A stretch of DNA of 64,000 bases from Bacilli bacterium (GCA_017651165.1 JAGCDH010000015.1:13748-77747); one strand, 5' to 3'; counted from the stretch's first letter, positions 11,098-20,931 are shown. Translations and numbers: made by a program. Notes: a model not told the origin generated them from the letters alone.

Positions 11098-11158
11098 TAT
11101 ACATAAATACATATAATTGAATGGTAATCATACATTTTTCGTATAGTAGGAGATTATT

Positions 11159-12040
11159 ATGGATCTAAAGACTTTGAGATATTTCGTAGTTGTCGCGGAA
11201 GAATTAAATATTACGAGGGCCGCTAAAATCTTAATGATGAGTCAACCACCGCTTTCTAATCAAATTAAGAATTTGGAAGAGGAATTAAATACTACTTTAT
11301 TCATTAGAGGTAAAAGACATTTAGAACTTACTGAAGAAGGAAAATACTTATATCAAAAAGCCAAAGATATATTAATGCTCTCTGATAAAACCACGAATGA
11401 GATCCTTTTAATGAACAAAGGCTTAAGCGGCACAATTGGTATTGGCCTAGTCGAAGGCACCGCTCCTGATATCGCTGCGGAATGGATTAGTGAATTTTTA
11501 AAAATTCATCCCAATGTTAGATTTAGAATCTTAGATGGTAACAGTGACGATCTCATTGAAAAGATGAGGGCGGGTATTATTTCATTAGCGGTTATTACTT
11601 CTCCATATGATCAAATCTTATTAAATAGTTTTAAAGTTGGTGAAGAAAAGATGGTTGCCTTAATGAATAAAAACCACCCATTAGCGAAATCCCCTAACGA
11701 AAAGATAAGAATCGAAGACTTAAAAGACGAAAAGATCATCGTTCCTTCTCGAAAGATTCATGTCGATGGCATTATCAAATGGTTTAAGAAAGAACACATT
11801 GATCCAAACATTGTTTGTGAAATGGATAACTATTTGGACGCTGCCGCTATGGCGGGTAGAGGTGTTGGTATCTCTATCTTCCCTAAGACTGCTTATATTA
11901 TGAATAGTTCCTTAGTTTCTAGAGAAATTGAAGGAGAAGAGAAAAAAGTCGACTACTTATTCGTCTGGAGAAAGGGACATCAATTATCCACTCTCGAAGA
12001 GAATTTCATCGACTTTATTAAAAATAAATACAGTAAGTAG
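11159..12040 (+). CDS. LysR-family transcriptional regulator
   Basis: N-terminal wHTH LNITRAAKILMMSQPPLSNQIKNLEEEL followed by a substrate-binding domain. Divergent from the aminotransferase gene. Confidence 0.85.
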   Translation: MDLKTLRYFVVVAEELNITRAAKILMMSQPPLSNQIKNLEEELNTTLFIRGKRHLELTEEGKYLYQKAKDILMLSDKTTNEILLMNKGLSGTIGIGLVEGTAPDIAAEWISEFLKIHPNVRFRILDGNSDDLIEKMRAGIISLAVITSPYDQILLNSFKVGEEKMVALMNKNHPLAKSPNEKIRIEDLKDEKIIVPSRKIHVDGIIKWFKKEHIDPNIVCEMDNYLDAAAMAGRGVGISIFPKTAYIMNSSLVSREIEGEEKKVDYLFVWRKGHQLSTLEENFIDFIKNKYSK

Positions 12041-12042
12041 AA

Positions 12043-13773
12043 CTACTCTACATCTTGAAGAGCGTCATAGCCTTCTTCACCAGTTCTTACTTTAACAACG
12101 TTTTCCACGTCATAGACGAAGATTTTGCCATCTCCAATATGTCCGGTATAAAGGACGCTTTTCGCGGTTTCTATGACTTCTCTAGCCGGAATCTTACTAA
12201 CCACAATATCCACTTGGACTTTTGGCATTAAGTTAGTCTCTACGGCAACACCACGATACATCTCTGTTTGTCCTTGTTGGACACCATACCCCATGACATG
12301 GGAAACCGTCATACCAGTAATACCTAATTTACTCATCGCATCTTTCAAAGCGTATAAACGCTCTTCTTTAAAGATGATTTCCACTTTAGTGAACTTAGGA
12401 CCACTCTTTTTAACTTTGCTAACCGTAGGCATAACGTTAACTTCAATCGCTTCCGCTGGTGGAACATCACCGCTCACAACCTTGGTGCCTTCTTCAATAT
12501 AATCGGCATAGGCCACCGTGGAAGGTGCAAAGTCTGCATAAGCAGATGGAAGACCATGCTCAGTACTATCAAGACCTTTAAGTTCTTCATTTCTTCCGAC
12601 ACGTAAACCAACAGTCTTTTTGATTAAGAAGAAACATCCTGTCATTAATATAGCGGTATAGACCGCGACAGAAATAAAGCCTAAACATTGGACTCCAAAT
12701 TGATACCATTTGCCAGTATAGAATAAGCCATTTAATCCCGCTGGAGCATTTGGATTGGCTAATAAGCCAACTGCAAGTGTACCCCAAATACCATTAGCCA
12801 TATGAACACCAACAGCACCAACTGGATCATCGATATGAAGCTTGAGATCAAGCACTTCAACAACAACGACCACTAAGACGCCAGAAACGATGCCAACTAC
12901 TGATGCACCGACAGCATCTAAGGCATCACATCCTGCGGTAATACCAACTAAACCTGCTAAGCAAGCATTGATACACATTGAAACATCTGGCTTACCATTT
13001 TTAATCCAGGTATAAATCATTGTGGTGACTGTCGCTACTGCTGGCGCAATTGTGGTGTTTAAGAAGATGGTGGCTAACTCTGATGTACTTGTTGCAGCAG
13101 CACCATTAAAGCCATACCAGCCAAACCATAAGATAAATGCACCTAAGGCACCAAGAGGAATAGAATGACCTGGAATAGCATTTACTTTTGTAACTTTACC
13201 ATCTTTATTGCGGACATATTTACCAATTCTTGGTCCTAAGAATATGGCGCCGATTAAAGCGGATATACCACCAACCATGTGAATTGCGGTAGAACCAGCA
13301 TAATCATGGAAACCAAGATTGGCCAACCAACCACCACCCCAGATCCAGTGGGCTTCAATTGGGTAAACCACTAAAGAAATAATCGCGGAATATAAGCAAT
13401 ACGAAGAGAACTTGGTTCTTTCCGCCATTGAGCCAGAAACAATTGTGGCCGCAGTAGCACAGAACACTAAGTTAAAGACAAATGTCGAAGCACCAGTAAA
13501 TCCTGACGCTGGTTCTTTAATGAAATCCGCGAACTTAGCGAACAAATCCATATTAGGAACGCCAATCAAACCAAAGAATGTATCTTCGCCCATCATTAAT
13601 CCAAAGCCCAATAACATAAACACTACTGTACCAATACAGAAGTCCATTAAGTTTTTCATAATGATATTGCCAGCGTTTTTTGCTCTGGTAAAACCAGTTT
13701 CCACCATGGCAAATCCGGCTTGCATAAAGAAGACTAATGCCGCACCAATTAAATACCAAAATTCTATAGTCAT
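12043..13773 (-). CDS. amt: ammonium transporter (Amt) fused to a C-terminal P-II (GlnK/GlnB-like) signal domain
   Basis: Amt TM core (AGFAMVETGF...WFGWYGFNG). The C-terminal ~115 aa (12043-12393) read KVEIIFKEERL...GYGVQQGQTEMYRGV...GDGKIFV, i.e. P-II with a T-loop Tyr. The track start at 13788 is TTG inside GGAGGA, so ATG at 13773 (SD + 7 nt) was chosen. Confidence 0.9.
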   Translation of the reverse strand: MTIEFWYLIGAALVFFMQAGFAMVETGFTRAKNAGNIIMKNLMDFCIGTVVFMLLGFGLMMGEDTFFGLIGVPNMDLFAKFADFIKEPASGFTGASTFVFNLVFCATAATIVSGSMAERTKFSSYCLYSAIISLVVYPIEAHWIWGGGWLANLGFHDYAGSTAIHMVGGISALIGAIFLGPRIGKYVRNKDGKVTKVNAIPGHSIPLGALGAFILWFGWYGFNGAAATSTSELATIFLNTTIAPAVATVTTMIYTWIKNGKPDVSMCINACLAGLVGITAGCDALDAVGASVVGIVSGVLVVVVVEVLDLKLHIDDPVGAVGVHMANGIWGTLAVGLLANPNAPAGLNGLFYTGKWYQFGVQCLGFISVAVYTAILMTGCFFLIKKTVGLRVGRNEELKGLDSTEHGLPSAYADFAPSTVAYADYIEEGTKVVSGDVPPAEAIEVNVMPTVSKVKKSGPKFTKVEIIFKEERLYALKDAMSKLGITGMTVSHVMGYGVQQGQTEMYRGVAVETNLMPKVQVDIVVSKIPAREVIETAKSVLYTGHIGDGKIFVYDVENVVKVRTGEEGYDALQDVE

Positions 13774-13860
13774 AACCAATTCCTCCAAGAAGAAACAACT
13801 AATTGAAAGATGACTTTAAAAATCATCATAGCCAGTATCTTAGGCTTCTGTTATTTAATA

Positions 13861-13877
13861 TGTCAACATTATTTTAC
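13861..13877. promoter_or_regulatory. GlnR/TnrA-type nitrogen regulator box (TGTNA-N7-TNACA) upstream of amt
   Basis: TGTCA-ACATTAT-TTACA matches the Bacillus GlnR/TnrA consensus exactly. It lies about 90 nt upstream of the amt start. Confidence 0.5.
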
Positions 13878-14051
13878 ATATCACTATTTTAAGTAGTTTA
13901 TGTATATTTGTTCATGTAGCGAAATGTTTACAATAAAAGCAATACTTTTTAATTTTAATTAAAAGAAAAGTGCATTCCATTGAATAGATGCACTTATTAG
14001 TGTTTTGAATAAAAATATAATTGTTTTTGTAAACTACAATTTACATAGCAA

Positions 14052-14080
14052 CAAAAAAGCCGATATTTTCCAATCGGCTC
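14052..14080 (-). terminator. rho-independent terminator after hepT
   Basis: Minus strand AGCCGAT-TGGAAAAT-ATCGGCT followed by TTTTTTG. Confidence 0.65.
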
Positions 14081-14089
14081 AAATGACGT

Positions 14090-14434
14090 TTATTTGTTTT
14101 CTCGAAGAATCCTTTCGCAATATTCTCTCAATGGTTTGATATCTTTGTTGGCAGTTGCCCAAACTCTTTCGACTTTGATGGTTCCGTATCCATGAACTAT
14201 TCTGTTTCTCATACCACGCATTTTCCCCCAAGGGACACCGGAATAATCCTTTAGAAACTCCTTTCCATATTTGCCTGCCAATTCTCCTATTTGGAGTAGA
14301 TGGAAACAGACAATTTCTTTAATGTCTTGGTTCTCTGAGAACTCTTCTTTGGTCACTCCTTTGATTTTTTCTTCAATTCGATCGCAGTGTGCAATCATAG
14401 AAAGGAGCAATCCTTTGTCTGGTACAGTCAGCAT
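14090..14434 (-). CDS. hepT: HepT-like HEPN ribonuclease toxin (DUF86)
   Basis: 114 aa with RNRIVHGY (Rx4HxY HEPN motif). Overlaps the upstream NTase gene by 7 nt. Confidence 0.8.
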   Translation of the reverse strand: MLTVPDKGLLLSMIAHCDRIEEKIKGVTKEEFSENQDIKEIVCFHLLQIGELAGKYGKEFLKDYSGVPWGKMRGMRNRIVHGYGTIKVERVWATANKDIKPLREYCERILRENK

Positions 14435-14883
14435 ATTCTTATTTTATCCTCCTCAAGTTGCTGTCTAAAGAAATCCTGCATTTCAGATCCGATGGTAACA
14501 ACATCAACATTCTTACCCAAAGCTTCTTCCAATTCTTCGACAAGGCCGACTTCGTCTAAAAGTGTTTCGACATCCCCTGAGGAGCAATAGATGTCGACAT
14601 CACTATTTTCATTAGCTTCACCTCTGGCGTAACTTCCAAAGAGATACACCTCTTCAATGTGATGTTTTTCCACCACTGGTCTTATTCTGTTTTTGATTTC
14701 TTTGATGGTTAAGATTCCTGGCTTGATATCATTTAGAACCAAGCTAGTTAAATAAGCATTCCTATTTTCAACATTATCCAATTTGTCGATTAAATCGGTA
14801 TCACTTTTCTTCACGCGAAATTGATACATCTTATAGTTTTGCTTATTGTAATTAGAAATGTATTCTATTTGATTTGACGCCAT
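14428..14883 (-). CDS. mntA: MntA-like nucleotidyltransferase antitoxin with an N-terminal RHH-like extension
   Basis: LFGSYARGEANENSDVDIY (GSx10DxD minimal NTase). The first ~60 aa (YQFRVKKSDTDLIDKLDNVENRNAYLTSLVLNDI) resemble a strand-helix-helix DNA-binding module. Confidence 0.8.
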   Translation of the reverse strand: MASNQIEYISNYNKQNYKMYQFRVKKSDTDLIDKLDNVENRNAYLTSLVLNDIKPGILTIKEIKNRIRPVVEKHHIEEVYLFGSYARGEANENSDVDIYCSSGDVETLLDEVGLVEELEEALGKNVDVVTIGSEMQDFFRQQLEEDKIRIC

Positions 14884-14904
14884 AATCTTATTACCTTTTG
14901 TACT

Positions 14905-14920
14905 TATATGATATCATATA
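14905..14920. promoter_or_regulatory. perfect 16-bp palindrome TATATGATATCATATA upstream of mntA; candidate TA operator overlapping the promoter
   Basis: Read directly; it ends 22 nt upstream of the mntA ATG. Confidence 0.4.
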
Positions 14921-14973
14921 TAAGAAAAGATGTAAAACAAAAAGAAGATTATTTTAATAATCTCCTCTGCTAA

Positions 14974-16176
14974 TTATTTCACAAGTTTAACCGCTAAACA
15001 AATAACTCTAGTCGCGGTTTCTAATTCATCATCCGCTAAATAAGTAGGCGCAATTCTAATATGTGAATTATCTGGATCTTTTCTATATGGATAGGCACTT
15101 CCCGCTTTAGTGAGGGTAACACCCATTTCTTTACATTTCTCTACCACTTCTTTAGCTTTGTCTTTGACATATAAAGAAATGAAATATCCACCCGTTGGTT
15201 TGCTCCATATAGCGATATCTTTTAATTCTTCGTCAAAGATTTTTAATACCAAATCAAATTTTGGTTTTAAGATCTTCGCGTGCTTCTTCATATGTTCGAT
15301 AATGGTTTTCTTATCTTTTAAGAACAAAGCGTGTCTTAATTGATTGAGTTTATCAAAGCAGATTAATTGATATTGGAGATAATTCAAATAATCTTTTTTA
15401 TTGTTATCACTTAAAGCAACCGCGGAAACACCACTACCTGGGAATGTCATCTTTGAAGTGGACGCAAATTCATACACGAGGTCTTCGCTTCCATATTTTT
15501 TACATTCATCAAAGATATTGAGGATTGGTTCTTCTTCACCGTTAAAAGATAACTGTGAAATATAGGTGTTATCCCAATAGATTCTGAAGTCTTTAGCGGC
15601 AGGTTTTAATCTCGCAAATCTTCTAACAACTTCATCACTATAAATAATGCCTGTTGGATTAGAATACTTAGGAACACACCAAATACCTTTTACTTGGGGA
15701 TCTTTAACATATTCCTCAATTAAATCCATATCTGGACCATTATCATCCATTGGTATGTTAATCATTTCAAAACCGAAATATTCGGTCATAGCGAAATGTC
15801 TATCGTATCCAGGAACAGGACATAACCATTTAATCTTTCCTTGTTTAGAGAAAGGCTTTTCACCACATATACCAGAAATAATAGATTTACTAAGTAAGTT
15901 ATGCATGATATTCATGCTAGAAGCGCCTTCTACAAGGATGTTTTCCGAAGGAATGTCTAAAATATCAGCAAATAACTTTTTGCAGTCAGGAATGCCTTCT
16001 AAGGCACTATAGTTACGGCAATCAATGTCTTCATCAAAACAATTTGATTTGGAATTAACGATATCAAGCATTGGTAAAGATAGATTCAATTGTTCAGGGC
16101 AGGGTTTGCCTCTTGCCATATTGATATCTAGTTTCTGAACTTTATAGTTTTCAAATTGTTTTAATAAGTCACTCAT
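14974..16176 (-). CDS. class I/II PLP-dependent aminotransferase
   Basis: ARGKP...NPTG...STSKMTFPGSGVS motifs. The track start at 16194 is GTG; the first ATG is at 16176. The start is uncertain. Confidence 0.75.
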   Translation of the reverse strand: MSDLLKQFENYKVQKLDINMARGKPCPEQLNLSLPMLDIVNSKSNCFDEDIDCRNYSALEGIPDCKKLFADILDIPSENILVEGASSMNIMHNLLSKSIISGICGEKPFSKQGKIKWLCPVPGYDRHFAMTEYFGFEMINIPMDDNGPDMDLIEEYVKDPQVKGIWCVPKYSNPTGIIYSDEVVRRFARLKPAAKDFRIYWDNTYISQLSFNGEEEPILNIFDECKKYGSEDLVYEFASTSKMTFPGSGVSAVALSDNNKKDYLNYLQYQLICFDKLNQLRHALFLKDKKTIIEHMKKHAKILKPKFDLVLKIFDEELKDIAIWSKPTGGYFISLYVKDKAKEVVEKCKEMGVTLTKAGSAYPYRKDPDNSHIRIAPTYLADDELETATRVICLAVKLVK

Positions 16177-16213
16177 AATGTAGTAGTTTATCACTATTAC
16201 TATTTGAGTTCAC

Positions 16214-17800
16214 TTATAAAAGAGGAGAAATTAATCTTAATAAGGAACAGACCTTTCTTTTGAACCAATTGAGTTTGAAGTCTTTTGGTACAGGTGTGGA
16301 GACGCTAAGCATCTCTAAAAAGTCTTCTTTAATATCCTTTAAGCAAGGATTCTTATACAAAAGCGCTGCGCATTCAAAATGATGTACTAAGCTTCTAAAG
16401 TCATAGTTAATTGTACCAACGAGTGAAAGAGTATCATCTGAAAGAATGCTCTTCATATGGTTAAAGCCAGGGGTGTATAAATAGATATTAACTCCTGCAT
16501 CTAATAGATATCTAAAGTTACTCTTAGCGATCATATACACTAGTTTCTTATCTGGAATACCAGGAAGGATGAGATGAACTTTTACTCCTCTAAGCGCAGC
16601 GTTCCTTAAAGCGTCTAACAAACTGTATGTTGGAATTAGATATGGAGTAGAAATAAATACTTCGTCTTTAGCGTAGTTAAGAATATTGATATATGTTTGT
16701 TCACCCACTAAGGCGTCATCAATACCACCAGGACCATCACCAAATGGAAGGACAAAGCCTTCTTCTTCACACCATGGATATTCATAATCAAGATATTTTT
16801 GATATTCAGCGACTTTGAGGGACGCTAAAGAGTAGTTTTGCAAAAAGACGGTAATTAAGTTATCAATACCAGGTCCTTCAATCTTGACCATGGTGTCTTT
16901 CCAATAACCAAATCTCTTTATTTCATTAGCGTATTCATCGGCTAAATTGATGCCACCCGTGAATGCCATTTGATGGTCGACGAGAACTATTTTACGATGG
17001 TCTCTATTGTTATAGACACCAGAAAGGATTGGCCTAAATGGATGGAACTTTAAGCATTCAATACCAAACTCTTTTAAGATCTTTGGAGTTCTTGAAGAAA
17101 TTGTGCCACCACAACCCATATCATCGTAGATGATTTTAATCTCCACTCCTTCTTTAGCTTTTTCTTTTAAGATTTCTTGCACTGCGGACCATTCTTTACC
17201 ATCACTAATAATAAAGAATTCCATAAAGATGAACTCTTTAGCTTGCTTAAGCCCTTCTAGGAAGGCCGGGAAGAATGTTTCCCCGTTTTTATAGTAAGTT
17301 ACTTTATTGTGTTTGGTCGCAAATAAACCTGCGGTATTGTTAATGTAATTAAACGCACCTACCGCTCTTCCGAGTTCTTGTTTGTAACGTTCTTCTCTTC
17401 TTGTACTGATACGGCAGTATTCATCATAGGCTTCTCTATTCGCAGCGATTAACTTCTTATCTCTTTTTCTTAAGCCGTGATTTCCGAAGATTAAGAATAA
17501 GACAGAGAAGAAAAACGGCATTAATAACATACCAACAATCCAAGGAATCTTAAATTCTGGATCTTCTAGTTTGCTAATGATTCTAAAGAAAATAATAAAT
17601 GCGATGATAAAAACAATAATTCTAAATAAAGCGTAAATGAGTCCAACAGTTAAGAAGACATCATAGTTATATTCACCAATAAAAAGAATAATGATGTCGT
17701 CCAAGAAGAATTGGACCACAATGAAAACGCCTATCTCAATAAGCAAGAGTAGTAAGATGAGAAAATAACCGGAAAATACACCCCTAAAGAATTTTTTCAT
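16214..17800 (-). CDS. cls: cardiolipin synthase (PLD family)
   Basis: N-terminal TM helices plus two HKD motifs (HRKIVLVD, HMKSILSD). Confidence 0.9.
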   Translation of the reverse strand: MKKFFRGVFSGYFLILLLLLIEIGVFIVVQFFLDDIIILFIGEYNYDVFLTVGLIYALFRIIVFIIAFIIFFRIISKLEDPEFKIPWIVGMLLMPFFFSVLFLIFGNHGLRKRDKKLIAANREAYDEYCRISTRREERYKQELGRAVGAFNYINNTAGLFATKHNKVTYYKNGETFFPAFLEGLKQAKEFIFMEFFIISDGKEWSAVQEILKEKAKEGVEIKIIYDDMGCGGTISSRTPKILKEFGIECLKFHPFRPILSGVYNNRDHRKIVLVDHQMAFTGGINLADEYANEIKRFGYWKDTMVKIEGPGIDNLITVFLQNYSLASLKVAEYQKYLDYEYPWCEEEGFVLPFGDGPGGIDDALVGEQTYINILNYAKDEVFISTPYLIPTYSLLDALRNAALRGVKVHLILPGIPDKKLVYMIAKSNFRYLLDAGVNIYLYTPGFNHMKSILSDDTLSLVGTINYDFRSLVHHFECAALLYKNPCLKDIKEDFLEMLSVSTPVPKDFKLNWFKRKVCSLLRLISPLL

Positions 17801-17811
17801 ACTATTATTTT

Positions 17812-17835
17812 ATAATAAAAACGACCTAAAGTCGT
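17812..17835 (-). terminator. weak rho-independent terminator after the TIM-barrel gene
   Basis: Minus strand ACGAC-TTTAG-GTCGT followed by TTTTATTAT. The stem is only 5 bp. Confidence 0.35.
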
Positions 17836-17847
17836 ATTATTAACTAA

Positions 17848-18615
17848 TTAAAGTCTTCTGAATAATGGTACAGAAGTTAATAAGTCACTTTCTTGTTTAA
17901 CTTCTAAAACAACATAAGCGTTATTCTTTTCTGCGAGTCTTTTGTACTTAGCGATATCTAGTTCGCCTTCATTTAACGCTAAATGGCATTTTAAGCGGTT
18001 TTTCGCATCATGGATGTGAAACTCATCAAAAGGTAAACAAACTTCGTTTAAAAGGCCTAAAAGGATATCATTAGTTAAATGATCATGACCAATGTCATAA
18101 CAGAATCTAAAGCCTTCTTTATATAAGTCTTTATAAGTTCTTACTTGATAACTAGAAGCGGTATCAGTATTTTCGATCACTAAGTTCATATCATATTTAT
18201 GACAAATAGCTTCTGCTTTCTTAAGATTATTAATTAAGCGTTTGATATAAGAATCATATTCCTTTTCATAGACATAGTGCTTAACTCCAGAGATAGTCAC
18301 TACTGGACCAGGAATGAGATGGATATTAATTTGTTTAACAAAGCCCCTACCTAAAGAAGCATATTTATCTAATAAGTCTAAATAAGCCTTCACTACTTCA
18401 TCATAGGTACCTAAGTCCGCTTCATCATAGAAGTGTAATGTCACTTCTTTTTGATATTTATTAACTAAATCTAAAACAAGATGTTTTTCTAAAGCCTCTC
18501 TACAATTAGAAAAGTTTAAGTTTAATTCAATAAAGTCTAAATCTAATTTCTGGGCAAGTTTAAAATTATCTTCAATACTGTTATATTCGAATAATTCTGG
18601 CATGCCTAGTTTCAT
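17848..18615 (-). CDS. xylose-isomerase-like TIM-barrel protein (sugar phosphate isomerase/epimerase, AP_endonuc_2 family)
   Basis: VIENT, YDIGHDH, FHIHDA and VLEVK metal-ligand pattern of the family. The start lies 2 nt after the serA stop. Confidence 0.6.
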   Translation of the reverse strand: MKLGMPELFEYNSIEDNFKLAQKLDLDFIELNLNFSNCREALEKHLVLDLVNKYQKEVTLHFYDEADLGTYDEVVKAYLDLLDKYASLGRGFVKQINIHLIPGPVVTISGVKHYVYEKEYDSYIKRLINNLKKAEAICHKYDMNLVIENTDTASSYQVRTYKDLYKEGFRFCYDIGHDHLTNDILLGLLNEVCLPFDEFHIHDAKNRLKCHLALNEGELDIAKYKRLAEKNNAYVVLEVKQESDLLTSVPLFRRL

Positions 18616-18617
18616 AT

Positions 18618-19763
18618 TTAGATCACTCTCACTCTAATAATACTCTCAACACTAGCGATGCTATCAATGTCAACTGTTCCATCAACATCAAAAACGCTAT
18701 AGGCATATTCACCTCTGGATTTGTTGATGAAGTTAACAATATTAGTATTACTGCTAGAAATAATCGCAGTAATTTTATTAATAATACCAGGGATGTTCTT
18801 GTGAAGAACACAGACTCTCTTCTCAGTTTCTTTTGGACCACAGTTCACATCTGGATAATTAACGGAGTGGTTAATACTACCAGTTTCTAAATAATGCTTA
18901 AGTTCATCAATCGCCATAAAAGCACAGTTATCTTCCGCTTCTTCTGTAGATGCCCCTAAATGAGGAATAACGATGGTATTAGGCATATTAACGACTTTTG
19001 GATTAGCAAAGTCAGTGACATACTTTTTGACTTTGCCACTATTTAAAGCGTCTAATAAATCATCATCATTCACTAAGGTATCTCTTGAGAAATTCAATAG
19101 GACCGTGTCATCAAATAACGAGAATAGTTTCTTATTAAGCATACCTTTCGTGGAATCCACAAGTGGGACATGGATAGTAACGAAGTCCGCACCACTAATG
19201 GCGTCTTCTAACTTTTCAAAGTAGTTAACACTCTTAGATAATTTAACTGCGTTATTAACTGTAAGATATGGATCATAGCCTCTGACTTTCATACCAAGAT
19301 GGACACAGGCATTAGCGACCATTAAGCCGATTGCACCTAAGCCAATGACAGTAATGGTTTTACCTAAGATTTCATGGCCAGCAAATTGTCCTTTAGCTTT
19401 TTCTGCTGTTTTAGCGATATCACTATCGTTTTTGTTTTCTTTGATCCATTCCGAACCACCAACGATATCTCTACTAGCTAAGAATAGGCCACAAAGAACG
19501 AGTTCTTTAACTGCGTTAGCGTTAGCGCCAGGCGTATTGAAAACAACGATACCTTCACTAGCGAATCTATCAACTGGGATATTATTAACACCTGCACCCG
19601 CTCTTGCGACTGCTAAGATGTTTTTGCCAAGTTCCATATCATGCATGGCTTGACTTCTTACTAAAATACTATCAGCAGCGTTAATATCATCTACTGTGGT
19701 ATCTGGTGCCTTTAATGCTTTTAAAGCAATCGGCGATATTTTATTCAAACAATAAGCTTTCAT
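18618..19763 (-). CDS. serA: D-3-phosphoglycerate dehydrogenase with C-terminal ACT-like domain
   Basis: 2-hydroxyacid dehydrogenase NAD site GLGAIGLMVA, catalytic region PHLGASTEEA. Confidence 0.85.
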   Translation of the reverse strand: MKAYCLNKISPIALKALKAPDTTVDDINAADSILVRSQAMHDMELGKNILAVARAGAGVNNIPVDRFASEGIVVFNTPGANANAVKELVLCGLFLASRDIVGGSEWIKENKNDSDIAKTAEKAKGQFAGHEILGKTITVIGLGAIGLMVANACVHLGMKVRGYDPYLTVNNAVKLSKSVNYFEKLEDAISGADFVTIHVPLVDSTKGMLNKKLFSLFDDTVLLNFSRDTLVNDDDLLDALNSGKVKKYVTDFANPKVVNMPNTIVIPHLGASTEEAEDNCAFMAIDELKHYLETGSINHSVNYPDVNCGPKETEKRVCVLHKNIPGIINKITAIISSSNTNIVNFINKSRGEYAYSVFDVDGTVDIDSIASVESIIRVRVI

Positions 19764-19765
19764 AT

Positions 19766-20875
19766 TTATAAGTTCTCACTTTCGAACTTCTTCATAAAGT
19801 TAACTAAGGCAATCACACCTTCTTTAGGCATAGCATTATAGATTGACGCTCTCATACCACCAACAGAACGGTGTCCTTTTAAGTTTTCTAAGCCTGCTTC
19901 TTTGGCTTCTTTAACAAACTTAGCTTCTAGTTCTTCTTTTCTAGCTGGATCAGTTATGACATTAGGATTAACAATAAATGGGGCATTCATTAATGAACGG
20001 GATTCTTTTTCTACTGTTCCTAAGAATAGTTTTGAACTATCTAGATAATCATAGAGAATCTTAGCCTTTTCTTCGTTTCTCTTTTTCATTTCAGAAAGAC
20101 CACCATTATTAAGTAAGTATTTAAAGACTAAACCACAGACATAGATACACCAGCAGTTAGGAGTGTTATATAAAGATTCGGCATCTGCATGTGTCTTATA
20201 TTTAAGCATTGTAGGTGTACCAGGTAAGGTATCTTCACTAATTAAGTCTTCTCTAATAATGACGATGACCATACCAGCAGGACCAACATTCTTTTGAACA
20301 CCCGCAAAGATGAGTCCATATTTACTAACATCCACTGGTTCAGATAAGAAACATGATGATTGATCTGCCACTAAGATCTTACCTTTAGTGTTTGGTAGTT
20401 CTTTGAACTTAGTGCCATAGATTGTATTGTTTTCACAAATGTAGACATAGTCTGCATCTTCTCTAATTGGTAAATCTTTGCAATCAGGGATATATGAAAA
20501 TGTTTTATCCGCAGAACTTGCTACTGCAATACAATCACCATAGCGTTTACCTTCTTCAAAGGCCTTCTTAGCCCATTGTCCTGTAACAATATAATCGGCT
20601 TTCTTATTCTTCATTAAATTCATAGGTACTGCCGCAAATTGCTGAGAAGCACCACCTTGAAGGAATAAGACTTTATAGTTATCTGGGATATTTAATAATT
20701 TTCTTAAATCAGACTCTGCAGTTTTAATGATGTTATCAAAGACTTTAGATCGATGAGACATCTCCATAACGGACATACCAGAGCCTTGATAATCTAACAT
20801 ATCATTAGCGCATTCTTTTAAGACTTCTTCTGGTAAAACCGCTGGACCAGCGGAGAAATTATAAACACGTTTCAT
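19766..20875 (-). CDS. serC: phosphoserine aminotransferase
   Basis: NFSAGPAVLP N-terminus, class V aminotransferase, 369 aa. Confidence 0.9.
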   Translation of the reverse strand: MKRVYNFSAGPAVLPEEVLKECANDMLDYQGSGMSVMEMSHRSKVFDNIIKTAESDLRKLLNIPDNYKVLFLQGGASQQFAAVPMNLMKNKKADYIVTGQWAKKAFEEGKRYGDCIAVASSADKTFSYIPDCKDLPIREDADYVYICENNTIYGTKFKELPNTKGKILVADQSSCFLSEPVDVSKYGLIFAGVQKNVGPAGMVIVIIREDLISEDTLPGTPTMLKYKTHADAESLYNTPNCWCIYVCGLVFKYLLNNGGLSEMKKRNEEKAKILYDYLDSSKLFLGTVEKESRSLMNAPFIVNPNVITDPARKEELEAKFVKEAKEAGLENLKGHRSVGGMRASIYNAMPKEGVIALVNFMKKFESENL

Positions 20876-20931
20876 ATTTGATAAATACCTTTAATGTGAT
20901 TACGTATATTATGTTTGAAATCAAACATCAA

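Noticed and set aside
14028-14045. Second GlnR/TnrA-like site TGTAA-N8-TTACA upstream of amt.
   Set aside because: The spacer is 8 nt rather than the consensus 7, and the site lies next to the hepT terminator, about 270 nt from the amt start. It is probably a chance match in AT-rich DNA.
20912-20925. Palindrome GTTTGA-AA-TCAAAC between the UDG-like gene and serC as a terminator.
   Set aside because: The loop is only 2 nt and no U-tract follows on the minus strand.
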